From assembly GCA_038064435.1 (NCBI GenBank), contig JBBTTC010000001.1, positions 3,170-67,169 on the forward strand: 64,000 nucleotides of DNA, given 5' to 3'. Shown in pieces: positions 17,094 through 27,139 of this stretch (positions are counted from its first letter, which is position 1; each line of letters opens with the position of its first letter). The notes under the pieces were generated by a model. It was given only the letters and a program-made list of their open reading frames with translations. It ran no database searches and was not told the origin of the DNA. The position numbers and the translations under genes are program-made. This stretch comes from Patescibacteria group bacterium (GTDB lineage Bacteria > Patescibacteriota > Minisyncoccia > Phycocordibacterales > JACOZG01).

Positions 17094-18983
17094 TTATAAG
17101 ATACTTTCCGGATCGACATCCACTTCAAAATCTGGCGGGAGAGAACGGAGTTTGTTTAGTAAGTTGGGGTCAGGCCAGCGTCGTGGATCGAGTTTGAGTA
17201 GGACGTGACGGATGTGCTGGCCCTTAACCTCGGCGGTGAAGGCAGAATAAACCTCCGGTTCATAATCGGTTAGCCACTCGGCCAGTTGATGTGTTTCTGT
17301 TAAAACCGCGGCGCGCGCGCCGCGACGGGTGATCTTGATGAGCAGTTTGAATGGCGGGTAACCAAATTGCCGTCGCTCCACAATCTCGTCGCGGTAGAAG
17401 TCGAGCAGGTTGCCCTTGATCACGTGTTGGAAGATTGGCCGGTTGGGATCTTTGGTTTGAATAGCAAAGCGTTTACTGGCCAACGAGCGAATTTTTATCA
17501 TCAGGCCAAAACCCTTTTCGTTGATACGAAAATCGGGCAAAGTAAAAAGTGAATCAATGGCTAATACTACGCTATTCTCAATTTTCTCTTTCAAATAATA
17601 GAGAGCCTGTTCGGTGCCGAGGAGCAGTCCGCCGTTAGACGACAAAAATTTTTTAACAATTACTGTCGCCTGGCGGCTGTTTTTTACTGTGTCGCTATCG
17701 AGTCGGTATAACGGCCAATTGGGGTAGCTGGCGGCGAGGGCGGCCTCTACTCGCTCAAGGCCAATACCGAGCGCGTAGAGACGCCAACCTCGGCAGTGAC
17801 TACAGCGCTCGGTAACAGTCCGTGTGGCCCGACATTTATGACAGGCAAGAAAATAATCATCAACTTCGCCTTCGGTCTTGTGCCAAACTAGAGGTGAGGA
17901 ACAGCGAGCGCATAAAACAATGGTGCCGCAGTCTTGGCAGACGATAGTGGACGACAGGCCGCGCCGATGAACAAAAATAAAGGTGCGTTCGCCGTGGCCA
18001 ACAGCTTGTCCGAGGAGGTCATGCACCAAGGGGCTGATTGGCATGAATTCCACTTCACGCTTGTATTCCAATTCAACGATTTTTTGTTCGGCGTTGGAGA
18101 AAGAACGATGTTTGGGAGCGGAGGCCGGTGTGAGCTCGCCTTTCTCGGTGCGATAAACCGTTTCCGTGCGTAGGACGGTGTCACCGATCACCAAACGTAC
18201 GCCGAGCGCGCTGGCTAGTAATTCGGCAAATAATCGGTGGTCGATAAATGGGCGTGACAAACTTTTGTAGGCCGATGAATTTTCTTGGTCAATGATTATT
18301 AAACTTAAATCGGGTCGGGGGATAGATAAATAAGTTGGCGTGCCGAGTAGCAGGCAAGGATGCGCGGTGTGGGCGCCGGCTTGCCAATTGGTTAAGAGTT
18401 GTTTGCGCCCGAGTTTGGAATGGAGAACAAAAGTATAGTCCTCGATTCCTTTTTCCAGTTGGCTAGCGACCCTTTCCACTTCACCGCCGGTGGGCAGGCA
18501 CAGAAAAACTGAGTGATGTTTGGCAAATTCAGAGCGAATCAAATTTTTGTAAAAAGCTAGGCGCTCGGCTTCGGGTTCTTGCAGGGTGAGTTTTTCTGGT
18601 TGGGGTCCACTTGGCTTTGGCCCGCCCGGGCCACCATTTAGAGTTTGATGAGCATCTAAAATTGTTTGTGGTAGGAGTTGACGCAGGGTTGCGCCGAGCG
18701 GCGCGGCAAAGTAGTCGGCCGCCCTTCGGGCGGCCGCGAGAAAGGCAGGTTGAAGAAAGCCGGCAGTTTTAATCCGATCGATTTTCTTAAGCGCGTAGGG
18801 CGCACTTTTAATGGCGGCTTTGAACTGGCTGGCGGCCAGTGATTCGATTACCAAAGCTGGAATCTTTTTGCCGCGAACAGAAACGTTTACCATGGTTCCA
18901 GACTCGACCGAGTCCTGGGCAAAGTAAGACAATTCGTCTTTAAATACCCCGCGGGCAATGGGTATAACACGCACAATATTCAT
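17094..18983 (-). CDS. priA: Primosomal protein N' (PriA), Walker A not recognisable
   Basis: Four CxxC motifs after RRG; DFRINE; FGYPPF; no GSGKT seen. Confidence 0.85.
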   Translation of the reverse strand: MNIVRVIPIARGVFKDELSYFAQDSVESGTMVNVSVRGKKIPALVIESLAASQFKAAIKSAPYALKKIDRIKTAGFLQPAFLAAARRAADYFAAPLGATLRQLLPQTILDAHQTLNGGPGGPKPSGPQPEKLTLQEPEAERLAFYKNLIRSEFAKHHSVFLCLPTGGEVERVASQLEKGIEDYTFVLHSKLGRKQLLTNWQAGAHTAHPCLLLGTPTYLSIPRPDLSLIIIDQENSSAYKSLSRPFIDHRLFAELLASALGVRLVIGDTVLRTETVYRTEKGELTPASAPKHRSFSNAEQKIVELEYKREVEFMPISPLVHDLLGQAVGHGERTFIFVHRRGLSSTIVCQDCGTIVLCARCSSPLVWHKTEGEVDDYFLACHKCRATRTVTERCSHCRGWRLYALGIGLERVEAALAASYPNWPLYRLDSDTVKNSRQATVIVKKFLSSNGGLLLGTEQALYYLKEKIENSVVLAIDSLFTLPDFRINEKGFGLMIKIRSLASKRFAIQTKDPNRPIFQHVIKGNLLDFYRDEIVERRQFGYPPFKLLIKITRRGARAAVLTETHQLAEWLTDYEPEVYSAFTAEVKGQHIRHVLLKLDPRRWPDPNLLNKLRSLPPDFEVDVDPESIL

Positions 18984-19037
18984 TATTTAGAACATAACAC
19001 ATTTACCTGTTTTAACCACGATGCTAATATTTGTAGA

Positions 19038-19850
19038 GTGATCAGTGAGAAATACATCTCAGTAGCGGCGGCCAGCGCCGCTTCCGGTATTGCCGAGGAG
19101 TCTCTGCGTCGCGCCGCCCGTCAGGGAAAAATTAAAGCTCGAGAGATTGGGCGTGACTGGCTGGTGGAAACAAGCCAGCTGGTTAACTTGGCCGCCGCTT
19201 GGGCATTAACTCGGCCGCCGTCAGCTTTGGTGCCAGCCACGGTGGCCTTGCTGCGGCCCTTAATTTTGGCAGTTGTCGTTTTGGCTATGGTTTTTGGTTG
19301 GCGCTGGACCACGGTTCGTTTCACTTCAGGTTCATTTGTCATTAGTGATCCGGCGGCGACCGTGGTGGCGGGTCGGCTAGTGCCGGCTTTTGACGAGGTG
19401 CGTGACGATTTAGAAAAACTCTTTGACTGGGCGCACTGGGTTTTATTACGAGTGGGGGATCGATTGTTTTATTATCGTTTGCGTATCACCGAGAGTTGGC
19501 GTGGGTTTTTTGCCGACTCAACGCTCGATTCGTCTCCAGTTACCGGTAGTTCCTCAATTATTGTTACTCCCGACGATTTGTTAAAAATAAAAGATGAATT
19601 ACGAAGTGAATTATTGAACGATTGGTTGGCGGTGCCGCAAACTGGCCGGGTACAAAATGGCGTGGTGGTATTACCGTCCACTGGCAATGCGCAACTTGAT
19701 GGTGATTTAACATCGCGTTTGGTTGATTTGTTTTCTGATCCGGTGGACGTTAAACTCGATGCTAGTGGTCGGGCGGGCATCATCACGCCGCGTTTCCAAA
19801 CAGCCACGACCAGTAATTTTCTTTTTTTACTCGCGCCAGTTAAAAATTAG
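19038..19850 (+). CDS. Hypothetical membrane protein with N-terminal excisionase-like HTH
   Basis: YISVAAA..LRRAARQGKIKAREIGRDWLV followed by a TM helix. Confidence 0.55.
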   Translation: MISEKYISVAAASAASGIAEESLRRAARQGKIKAREIGRDWLVETSQLVNLAAAWALTRPPSALVPATVALLRPLILAVVVLAMVFGWRWTTVRFTSGSFVISDPAATVVAGRLVPAFDEVRDDLEKLFDWAHWVLLRVGDRLFYYRLRITESWRGFFADSTLDSSPVTGSSSIIVTPDDLLKIKDELRSELLNDWLAVPQTGRVQNGVVVLPSTGNAQLDGDLTSRLVDLFSDPVDVKLDASGRAGIITPRFQTATTSNFLFLLAPVKN

Positions 19851-19852
19851 TC

Positions 19853-20668
19853 ATGATTAATCGTTTAGCCATTTCTCCGGCTAAGATAGAGGTGGAGGTA
19901 GCGCCCGGTGCCCAAACCACGGTGCCGATTTTTTTACTCAACCCGTCGGCCGAGCCCGTAACGGTGCGTGTTTCGGCCGAGGACGTGGTGGGCGGCACGT
20001 CCGCTGCGGCGGATGGAGAGGTAATTAAATTGTTGGCCACCGACGGCAGCCCATACTCGCTTAAAAGTTATTTAAGTTTTTCCACCCGGGAAGTTAGTCT
20101 CGCGCCCGGTGAGCAAGTGGCCCTACCGGTCACCGTGAGTTTGCCGGCCGGCGCGCCGGCCGGTGGTTTGTACGGGGCCGTGCTTTTTAGTTTTGGTGCC
20201 CCGACCGGCGGGGCGCCGGCGCAAGTTGTGAATCGGTTGGCCAGTTTATTTTTTGTTCGTACCGGCGTGGCCACGGCGCCGAATAGTGAGCTAATTGGTT
20301 TTAAATTAATCACCCGCGAGCCGCTAGCTTTCGCCTTGACAGTTGAAAATAGCGGGAACATTTATCTCAATCCTTACGGTCTCATTACCATCACCAATCG
20401 TCTCACTGGCCGTGAGCGCTTCGTTAAGCTCGATCCGTGGTTTGTTTTGCCCGGGGCCACACGCTTCCGCGAGGTCACAGGACTCGAATTACCGCTTGGT
20501 TTTTACCACGCCACGGCCGAAGTCAATCGCGGTTACGAAGATATTATCGACACTCGGTCAATAAATTTTTACCTATTACCAGCGACTTCGACTTTGGTCT
20601 TGGCTGGGCTAGCACTAATTTGTTTGAGCGTTTTCATTATTGTTTGGCTAAAGAAACGGCGGGTGTGA
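19853..20668 (+). CDS. Hypothetical surface protein (DUF916/WxLIP-like Ig folds with C-terminal TM)
   Basis: LAISPAKIE, V.LAPGEQV.LPVTV..P, VENSGNIYLNPYG, C-terminal TM plus KKRR. Confidence 0.55.
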   Translation: MINRLAISPAKIEVEVAPGAQTTVPIFLLNPSAEPVTVRVSAEDVVGGTSAAADGEVIKLLATDGSPYSLKSYLSFSTREVSLAPGEQVALPVTVSLPAGAPAGGLYGAVLFSFGAPTGGAPAQVVNRLASLFFVRTGVATAPNSELIGFKLITREPLAFALTVENSGNIYLNPYGLITITNRLTGRERFVKLDPWFVLPGATRFREVTGLELPLGFYHATAEVNRGYEDIIDTRSINFYLLPATSTLVLAGLALICLSVFIIVWLKKRRV

Positions 20669-20681
20669 TAGCATAAAACAC

Positions 20682-22493
20682 ATGAAGTCCGGGGAAATTC
20701 GGCGGCGGTTTGTGGAATTTTTTAAACAGCGCGGGCACGCGGTTTTGCCATCGGCTTCGCTCGTGCCGGCGGGTGATCCGTCGGTACTTTTCACCACGGC
20801 CGGTATGCAACCTCTGGCGCCATACTTGCTCGGCGCGCCGCATCCGCTTGGCCGCCGGCTGGTTAATATTCAGAAGTGTGTCCGGACGCAAGATATTGCT
20901 GAAGTCGGCGATGCCACGCACGATACTTTTTTTGAAATGTTGGGCAATTGGTCGCTCGGGGATTATTTTAAAGAGGAGGCGATTAAGTGGAGTTATGAAC
21001 TACTGACCTCGGCCATCGAAGGTTTTGGCCTCGAGCCGGTGCGCCTCTACGTAACGGTTTTTGCCGGCGACGAAGTAGCGCCGCGCGATGAGGAGTCGGT
21101 GCGTTTGTGGCAAGAGTTAGGAATTCCCGCCCAGCGCATTTACTACCTCGGCGCGAAGGACAATTGGTGGCCCGCCTTCGCCAAGGCTACGGCGGGCAAG
21201 CCCTCCCGCGATACTAACTGGACATGGTCGGGGCCGACGGGGCCGGATACGGAAATGTTTTATGATGTCACACCCGCTGGCTTGGGCGATTTATCTCACG
21301 ATGAGTTTGTGCGGGCCAGCGATGAGCAAAAATTGGTGGAAATTTGGAATGACGTTTTTATGGCTTACGAAGCGCGTGATGGGAAAATTGTTGGGCCGCT
21401 GAAAAATAAAAATGTTGACACCGGCGCCGGCCTCGAGCGTTTGGCCATGGTGTTACAAAAAAAAGATAATATCTTTGCCACCGATTTGTTTGTCGATTTG
21501 CTGGCGGTTTTGCCCGCGGCCAATTTGCGTTCCTCGCGGATCATGGCGGATCACTTGCGGACAGCCGCTTTTCTTATTGCCGACGGTGTGCGTCCGTCCA
21601 ACACCGAGCGTGGTTACGTGTTGCGGCGACTGCTGCGACGGGCGATTTTTCATCATCCCGAGCGCTCATTTACTGTTGAGCAAGTGGCCGCGGCCGCGGG
21701 TGCGATCGTCAATCAATATGCCGAGGTTTATCCTGAAGTTAACGATGCGCCACTGATTAAACAAATTATTGTTGATGAGGGACAAAAGTTTACCCATACA
21801 CTCAAACAAGGTTTGGCGGAATTTAATCGACTGGCGGTGGTTGGGTCAATCAGCGCTCACGACGCCTTCGTTCTTTTTACTAGTTACGGTTTTCCGCTCG
21901 AGCTCACAATGGAATTGGCTAGCGAGCGGGGAGTGGCGATTGAACAGGCTGGTTTGACGGAGGAATTTGCTCGTCATCAGGCTCTGTCGCGCGTCGGCGC
22001 GGGGCCAAAGTTTAAGGGCGGCTTGGCTGATGATTCTCCAGCCACGGTTAGGTTGCACACGGCTCACCACCTACTTTTAGCCGCTTTGCAAAAAGTGTTG
22101 GGTCCGGAAGTTAAGCAACGTGGTTCTAATATTACCGCCGAACGCCTGCGACTCGATTTTACCTTTGCTCGTAAATTAACGGCTGAAGAATTGTTGACGA
22201 TAGAAAAAATGGTTAATGAACATATTGCCGCTGATTGGCCAGTGACGCGGCGCGATCTGCCGCGGGTCGAGGCGGAGAAGCTGGGCGCCGAACATGAGTT
22301 CGGCGCCAAATACGGCGAAGTTGTTTCGGTGTATTTTATCGGCTCAGATGATGCGCCAGTGTCAAAAGAATTTTGCGGCGGGCCGCACGCGGCCCGCACC
22401 GGCGAGCTCGGCCACTTTAAAATTTTGAAAGAAGAAGCCGTTGCCGCCGGCATTCGCCGGATTAAGGCTACTCTTGACAATCACCCCAAATAG
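20682..22493 (+). CDS. alaS: Alanine--tRNA ligase (short form)
   Basis: LFTTAGMQP, HDTFFEMLGNWSLGDYFK, VDTGAGLER, HTAHH, EFCGGPH. Confidence 0.96.
   Translation: MKSGEIRRRFVEFFKQRGHAVLPSASLVPAGDPSVLFTTAGMQPLAPYLLGAPHPLGRRLVNIQKCVRTQDIAEVGDATHDTFFEMLGNWSLGDYFKEEAIKWSYELLTSAIEGFGLEPVRLYVTVFAGDEVAPRDEESVRLWQELGIPAQRIYYLGAKDNWWPAFAKATAGKPSRDTNWTWSGPTGPDTEMFYDVTPAGLGDLSHDEFVRASDEQKLVEIWNDVFMAYEARDGKIVGPLKNKNVDTGAGLERLAMVLQKKDNIFATDLFVDLLAVLPAANLRSSRIMADHLRTAAFLIADGVRPSNTERGYVLRRLLRRAIFHHPERSFTVEQVAAAAGAIVNQYAEVYPEVNDAPLIKQIIVDEGQKFTHTLKQGLAEFNRLAVVGSISAHDAFVLFTSYGFPLELTMELASERGVAIEQAGLTEEFARHQALSRVGAGPKFKGGLADDSPATVRLHTAHHLLLAALQKVLGPEVKQRGSNITAERLRLDFTFARKLTAEELLTIEKMVNEHIAADWPVTRRDLPRVEAEKLGAEHEFGAKYGEVVSVYFIGSDDAPVSKEFCGGPHAARTGELGHFKILKEEAVAAGIRRIKATLDNHPK
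21171..21200 (+). repeat. Palindromic element inserted in-frame in alaS
   Basis: CCCGCC-TTCGCCAAGGCTAC-GGCGGG-CAAG encoding PAFAKATAGK between NWW and the GPTGPDTE motif. Confidence 0.6.
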
Positions 22494-22502
22494 GTATATA
22501 CT
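22474..22502 (+). promoter_or_regulatory. Near-consensus sigma70 promoter
   Basis: TTGACA-17 bp-TATACT. Confidence 0.8.
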
Positions 22503-22563
22503 AGAGAGAGTAAAAAGAGTACTTCGAAATATAAAGTTCACTTTTACCGAAAGGAGACTAAGT

Positions 22564-23082
22564 GTGGTTAAGGAAAAGAAGATTCTCGCCCCACCCCTAG
22601 GTGGCCGCGTTCACATAGTTCGCGTGCCAGTTATTCAAGATCTCGACTGGCAGGAGGCCATCAACCGAGCCGGCCCCGACACTGAAGATGTTTGCATTGT
22701 TCGAGACATAGACCACCTATACTTACCCACCGGCACCAGCATCAAAGACGAGGAGATCATTCTTCTCAACTTTGGCCCAGGCGGTGGTAGCTGGGGTCGA
22801 GCTCTAAAATGGAGTCAGATCAATAATCTTGACCGGACCAATCCCCGCCAAGTGTTCGCCATTGGGCAGCACTGTCCCCACCTTAACCACGAACTTGGCT
22901 TCAATTTCATGTACATCGTGGCCACCATCAGATGTACCTTTGGTGGTGAACCTATGGCTGTCTTTCTTCGGTGGGCTGACCTCGAGCGTGAGGTGGGTGA
23001 TGATTGGCTCGGCGACTTCTGGGAGAGTCATGTTTGGTTTGCTTTCTGTTGCCCGGTCGCCTCGCCCAGCCTCAACGCCTAG
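22564..23082 (+). CDS. Hypothetical protein
   Basis: GAAAGGAG SD 7 nt before in-frame GTG 22564; own promoter and palindromic terminator. Confidence 0.7.
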   Translation: MVKEKKILAPPLGGRVHIVRVPVIQDLDWQEAINRAGPDTEDVCIVRDIDHLYLPTGTSIKDEEIILLNFGPGGGSWGRALKWSQINNLDRTNPRQVFAIGQHCPHLNHELGFNFMYIVATIRCTFGGEPMAVFLRWADLEREVGDDWLGDFWESHVWFAFCCPVASPSLNA

Positions 23083-23108
23083 ATAATGTTGGATGTTCTT
23101 TTCTCTCG

Positions 23109-23137
23109 ACCCCGTTCGCCGCGGCGAACGGGGTTTT
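23109..23137 (+). terminator. Terminator formed by a perfect 26-bp palindrome
   Basis: ACCCCGTTCGCCG-CGGCGAACGGGGT followed by T-rich tract. Confidence 0.78.
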
Positions 23138-23245
23138 GTTTTTGCTAAAATTGGAAATTAAGCCACTCTTGACTAATTAAGCATAAGTATGCTAGCTTAC
23201 GAGCAGAGTTTACCGACAGAACATTAACTTTTTCAGGAGATAGCG

Positions 23246-23794
23246 ATGGGAAAAACAAAGCCGAAGGTCACCAAGTCCAGCTTTTTGGTTGTCCCGATTT
23301 ACCGGAAGGTGGCCAAAAAGAAGCTCTTGGTACTGGATGACATTTTTATAATGTCTAACGAGAACGGGGTGATCGAGGAAAATGACGAGCCGGAGGTTGT
23401 TGTAGCCCACCTAGAGCCATTTTTAAGAGAATGGCGGGATGCTGTTCATGTGGTTAATTCGGTAGGCCAATTGATGGACGTTGATTTTCAGGTGGGAAAT
23501 CGGTTTGGTGTTGGTTTTTACATTATCAAACAGACCGGAAAACAGGCTACTTTCGAAGCAATTCGTGATGCGGTCTCCGTAATGGACCCCGGTTCGAGCC
23601 CCTGTCTCGATGATGCATTTGCGGCCATCAGTGAATTGTCGGTGCATCTTGCGAACATGTATTTGGATACTGGCACTGGTTATGATTATAGTCGTGATTA
23701 CGGCAATGATGTGATTTTGAATCTGATTGGCAAGTTCGCTGTCGAGATTGCCAAGCTCGGCATCCCGACCACGATCGAGTTGAAGTCGAAGTAG
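23246..23794 (+). CDS. Hypothetical protein
   Basis: CAGGAG SD, upstream TTGACT box, downstream hairpin ATCGCGG..CCGCGAT plus T run. Confidence 0.65.
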   Translation: MGKTKPKVTKSSFLVVPIYRKVAKKKLLVLDDIFIMSNENGVIEENDEPEVVVAHLEPFLREWRDAVHVVNSVGQLMDVDFQVGNRFGVGFYIIKQTGKQATFEAIRDAVSVMDPGSSPCLDDAFAAISELSVHLANMYLDTGTGYDYSRDYGNDVILNLIGKFAVEIAKLGIPTTIELKSK

Positions 23795-23871
23795 GCCTTG
23801 GGGAAGGTTATCGCGGTTATCCATACTCATGGGTAGCCGCGATTTTTTTGTGGCGTGATATAATTTTTCTG

Positions 23872-25023
23872 ATGTCCAAGAGTTGCGTGATTGTTGATGT
23901 CGGCAATGACGGTGTGAGTGGTGCGGTGGTTAATTTATCCACTGGCAAAGATTGTGCGCAGTTTCTATCCACCGTGCATGAGCCCGTTCCGAGCCGCGAT
24001 AACTTTGAACTCAAACGTTTTCTCGACGACGTTTTTTCTGCTTTCAAAACAGTGATCAACCGCTTGGGCACACCCTCCAGTCGCTTGGTTATTTTTTTGG
24101 CTTCACCTTTTTACGCTTCGCAAACCCGCATCATTAGATGGCAAAAGGCGGCGCCAATAAATATTAGTCGCAGTTTGGTTAACCAGTTGGTGGGTGAAGA
24201 TCGTGAGCGTTTTCGTCAAGCCGAGCCGCGCCTCTATACCGAGATCATCAATGATCGGCACGAAATTGTGGACGGAAAAATTATGCAGATTAAACTCAAT
24301 CGTTATGCTACCGCCAATCCTTATGGTCAGAAGGCCAGCGAGATCGAGATCGACAATTACATCAGTATTGGTTCGACCAAAATTTTAGATCGCTTGCGGC
24401 AGATTGCCCAACCACTTTGGCATCGCCACCGTCTCGAATTTCACTCTTCGTCATTTGTTTTTTTTAATCTCTTTCGCGACTGGTGGCACGATGTGCCTCG
24501 GGCTCTGCTCCTTAATATTGGTGGCGAAGTAACGGAACTTTCCTTAGTAACCGACGGCGTGTTGGCCGAAACAGTATCTTATCCTCTCGGCCGCAATTCT
24601 TTTTTTCGTCAGTTAACTGCACGGTTGGGCACAATTTTGGCCGAGGCCGAATCGTTAATGAAGATGTATGTTACCACCGACCAGCATGAAGCGGCCGCCG
24701 GTAAGGTCGAAGCGGTGCTTGGCGAGATACGAGTGGAGTGGTTGGCCGCTTTCCGTGAGTTACTTAGAGCCATAAGTGATAATCATTTTCTAGCTGACCG
24801 CATTTTCCTTTTGGCCGATCCGGTTTTGGCACCAGTGTTGGCCAGCTGGATCAAAGAATCTAATTTTAGTAACTTAGTGATGATGAACCGCCCGTCATTT
24901 GAGGTCATAATGTTTTACGATCAGGCTTGGCGCAAACTTTGTCGTCACGGGGAAAAAATTATCCCCGGCCACTACTTGCTGATGGACGCTTTGTTTTGTG
25001 ATAAAATATCTAAAGTTGTGTGA
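23872..25023 (+). CDS. Actin-like ATPase fold protein (FtsA/PilM-like, degenerate)
   Basis: VIVDVGNDGV and LLLNIGGEVTELSLV..SYPLG motifs; TATAAT 7 nt before ATG. Confidence 0.55.
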   Translation: MSKSCVIVDVGNDGVSGAVVNLSTGKDCAQFLSTVHEPVPSRDNFELKRFLDDVFSAFKTVINRLGTPSSRLVIFLASPFYASQTRIIRWQKAAPINISRSLVNQLVGEDRERFRQAEPRLYTEIINDRHEIVDGKIMQIKLNRYATANPYGQKASEIEIDNYISIGSTKILDRLRQIAQPLWHRHRLEFHSSSFVFFNLFRDWWHDVPRALLLNIGGEVTELSLVTDGVLAETVSYPLGRNSFFRQLTARLGTILAEAESLMKMYVTTDQHEAAAGKVEAVLGEIRVEWLAAFRELLRAISDNHFLADRIFLLADPVLAPVLASWIKESNFSNLVMMNRPSFEVIMFYDQAWRKLCRHGEKIIPGHYLLMDALFCDKISKVV

Positions 25024-26345
25024 TGGCTATGCGACCCATAATTCAAGATATTAAGCGACCCCGCAAAACTCTGCGGGAAGTTTTGCCCAAGGAGGAATTA
25101 CACCGACCGCCAGAGGTGAAAAATATTAATGTTGTTTCCGAGACAACTTTACCGCCCACACTTCCACCACTATCTCGGTCGCGCCGCGGCGGCCGGTCGC
25201 ACCGTGGCTGGCTTTGGCTTTTGGTGGTGGTGGTTTTGGCGATAGCGGGCTTAGTTTTTGGCTGGGAGGGCAAAGTTTCAATCGTAGTTACTCCCAAACA
25301 GGAAGAGTTTCGTTTGGTCGAGATGCCTATTACGGTTCAACGCACGGCTGAAGAGGGGGCGCCGATTTTTCGTTTGGTTAATCTAGAAATGACCGATAGC
25401 AAAATTTTGCCGTCGGCTGGGCGCGAGCAAGTTAGTCGTAAAGCCAGTGGCCGAGTGATTATTTACAATCGCTACAATCAAAGTTCTCAACGACTTATCA
25501 AAACTACCCGCCTCGAAGCTACCAACGGCAAGATTTATCGGATAGACGAAGCGGTGATCGTCCCCGGGCAAAAGGTTGTTGATGGCAAGTTGGTGGATGG
25601 CCAGGTGGAGGTGATGGTTTACGCTGATGCGCCGGGAGAGGAATACAACCAGCCAGCGACCGATTTTACGATTCCCGGTTTTCGTGGCACACCTCAATAT
25701 AGTAAATTTACGGCCAAGTCCCAAGGGCCATTATCTGGTGGTGCGCTGGGTGAATGGCAAGTGGTAACAGACAATGATCGCCAGGCCGGTGAGGCAGAAC
25801 TATCGACCAATCTACGGACTAAGCTAATCAGCGGTGTCGCCGCGCAGGTGCCACCAGAGTTTGCTTTTTATGAACCACTGACGCAATTTTCTTTTGAAGA
25901 AATCGAGCGTCCGGCAACAAATAATTCAACTTATGAATTGGCCATGCGCGGGCAACTAACGGCAGTAATACTAGACAAGGCCTCCGTTGGCCGAGCGCTG
26001 GTGACCAAGGGTTTACCTAAGTCACTGGACTACAGTCCGACCGTTACTAATTGGTCTAATTTGGCGGTGACTATCTCATCGGCTGATTTAAAATCTTTAC
26101 CAGATACCAACAAATTAACGATTAATTTTAGTGGTGTGGCTCAAGCTTATTGGCAGATCAGTGAGAGCGAGATCATTAATAGTTTGATGGGCGCGCGAAA
26201 AAATTCTTACAGTAATATTTTAGCTAGTTTTCCAGCCATTAGTGGGGCTGAAGCGCGTTTTAGTGTACCGTGGATGAATCGTTTCCCAGATCGTTCAGAA
26301 CAGTACGATATTGAGATTAACTTGACCGACGATGATGACATTTGA
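25023..26345 (+). CDS. Membrane-anchored hypothetical protein (baseplate J-like region typical of CPR)
   Basis: TM helix then KASGRVIIYN..Q.LIKTTRL..VYADAPGEEYN..FTIPG. Confidence 0.55.
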   Translation: MAMRPIIQDIKRPRKTLREVLPKEELHRPPEVKNINVVSETTLPPTLPPLSRSRRGGRSHRGWLWLLVVVVLAIAGLVFGWEGKVSIVVTPKQEEFRLVEMPITVQRTAEEGAPIFRLVNLEMTDSKILPSAGREQVSRKASGRVIIYNRYNQSSQRLIKTTRLEATNGKIYRIDEAVIVPGQKVVDGKLVDGQVEVMVYADAPGEEYNQPATDFTIPGFRGTPQYSKFTAKSQGPLSGGALGEWQVVTDNDRQAGEAELSTNLRTKLISGVAAQVPPEFAFYEPLTQFSFEEIERPATNNSTYELAMRGQLTAVILDKASVGRALVTKGLPKSLDYSPTVTNWSNLAVTISSADLKSLPDTNKLTINFSGVAQAYWQISESEIINSLMGARKNSYSNILASFPAISGAEARFSVPWMNRFPDRSEQYDIEINLTDDDDI

Positions 26346-26379
26346 TAGTATGGTCCCAGCCATAATTTTAGGTTAATTA

Positions 26380-26589
26380 ATGGAGGATAGCGCCAATTTA
26401 GTGACCGGCACTGTCCGCGAGGCCCTACCCAATGTTCTTTTTCGGGTAGAGTTGGATGATGGTCGGGAACTTTTGGCTTATTTGGCTGGCCGGATGCGTT
26501 TGCATCGCATCCGCGTGCTGGTTGGCGATCGAGTCGAAGTCCTGCCTGATTCTTATGGCGGCAAGGGCAGGGTTGTGAAGCGGCTATAA
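26380..26589 (+). CDS. infA: Translation initiation factor IF-1
   Basis: EALPNVLFRVELD..LAYLAGRMRLHRIRVLVGDRV. Confidence 0.95.
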   Translation: MEDSANLVTGTVREALPNVLFRVELDDGRELLAYLAGRMRLHRIRVLVGDRVEVLPDSYGGKGRVVKRL

Positions 26590-26625
26590 CATTATAACTG
26601 GCCGCGTTTTTGTCACTGATTAAAT

Positions 26626-26742
26626 ATGCAAGTACGATCCGCAATAAAAAAACGATGTGAACACTGTCAACTCGTGCGTCGGCGCGGGCACTTGTATATT
26701 ATCTGTGCCAATAAAGCTCGTCACAAACAAAAACAAGCTTAA
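26626..26742 (+). CDS. rpmJ: 50S ribosomal protein L36 (not in the ORF track)
   Basis: Manual translation MQVRSAIKKRCEHCQLVRRRGHLYIICANKARHKQKQA; lies between infA and rpsM. Confidence 0.93.
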   Translation: MQVRSAIKKRCEHCQLVRRRGHLYIICANKARHKQKQA

Positions 26743-26749
26743 TTATTTT

Positions 26750-27130
26750 ATGCGTATTGCCGGGATTACCCTACCTGATCAAAAGCGAATGGAGATTGCT
26801 CTGACGGCCATCTTTGGCATTGGCCGCCGGCGCGCCACCGCAATTTTAAATGAGGCCAAGGTGGATGTAGGCAAGAAGCCGACGGAGATCAATACTGACG
26901 AAGAGGGTCGTTTGCGAAAGATTATTGATGGCTTGGCAGTGGAAGGAAATTTAAAGCGGGAAACTGCTGGCAATATTAAACGACTGGTTGATATTAAAAG
27001 TTATCGCGGCTCGCGCCACGCTCGCCGTTTACCCAGTCGCGGCCAACGCACTAAAACCAATTCCCGGACGCGGCGTGGCAACATTCGTAAAACTATGGGC
27101 TCGGGTCGCAAAAAGGTGGAGAAAAAGTAG
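26750..27130 (+). CDS. rpsM: 30S ribosomal protein S13
   Basis: MRIAGI..IALTAIFGIG..YRGSRH..LPSRGQRTKTNSRT. Confidence 0.96.
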   Translation: MRIAGITLPDQKRMEIALTAIFGIGRRRATAILNEAKVDVGKKPTEINTDEEGRLRKIIDGLAVEGNLKRETAGNIKRLVDIKSYRGSRHARRLPSRGQRTKTNSRTRRGNIRKTMGSGRKKVEKK

Positions 27131-27139
27131 GAATAATTT

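Noticed and set aside
25020-26345. Prophage suggested by a baseplate J-like protein
   Set aside because: No other phage genes are present; the protein is membrane-anchored and sits among housekeeping genes.
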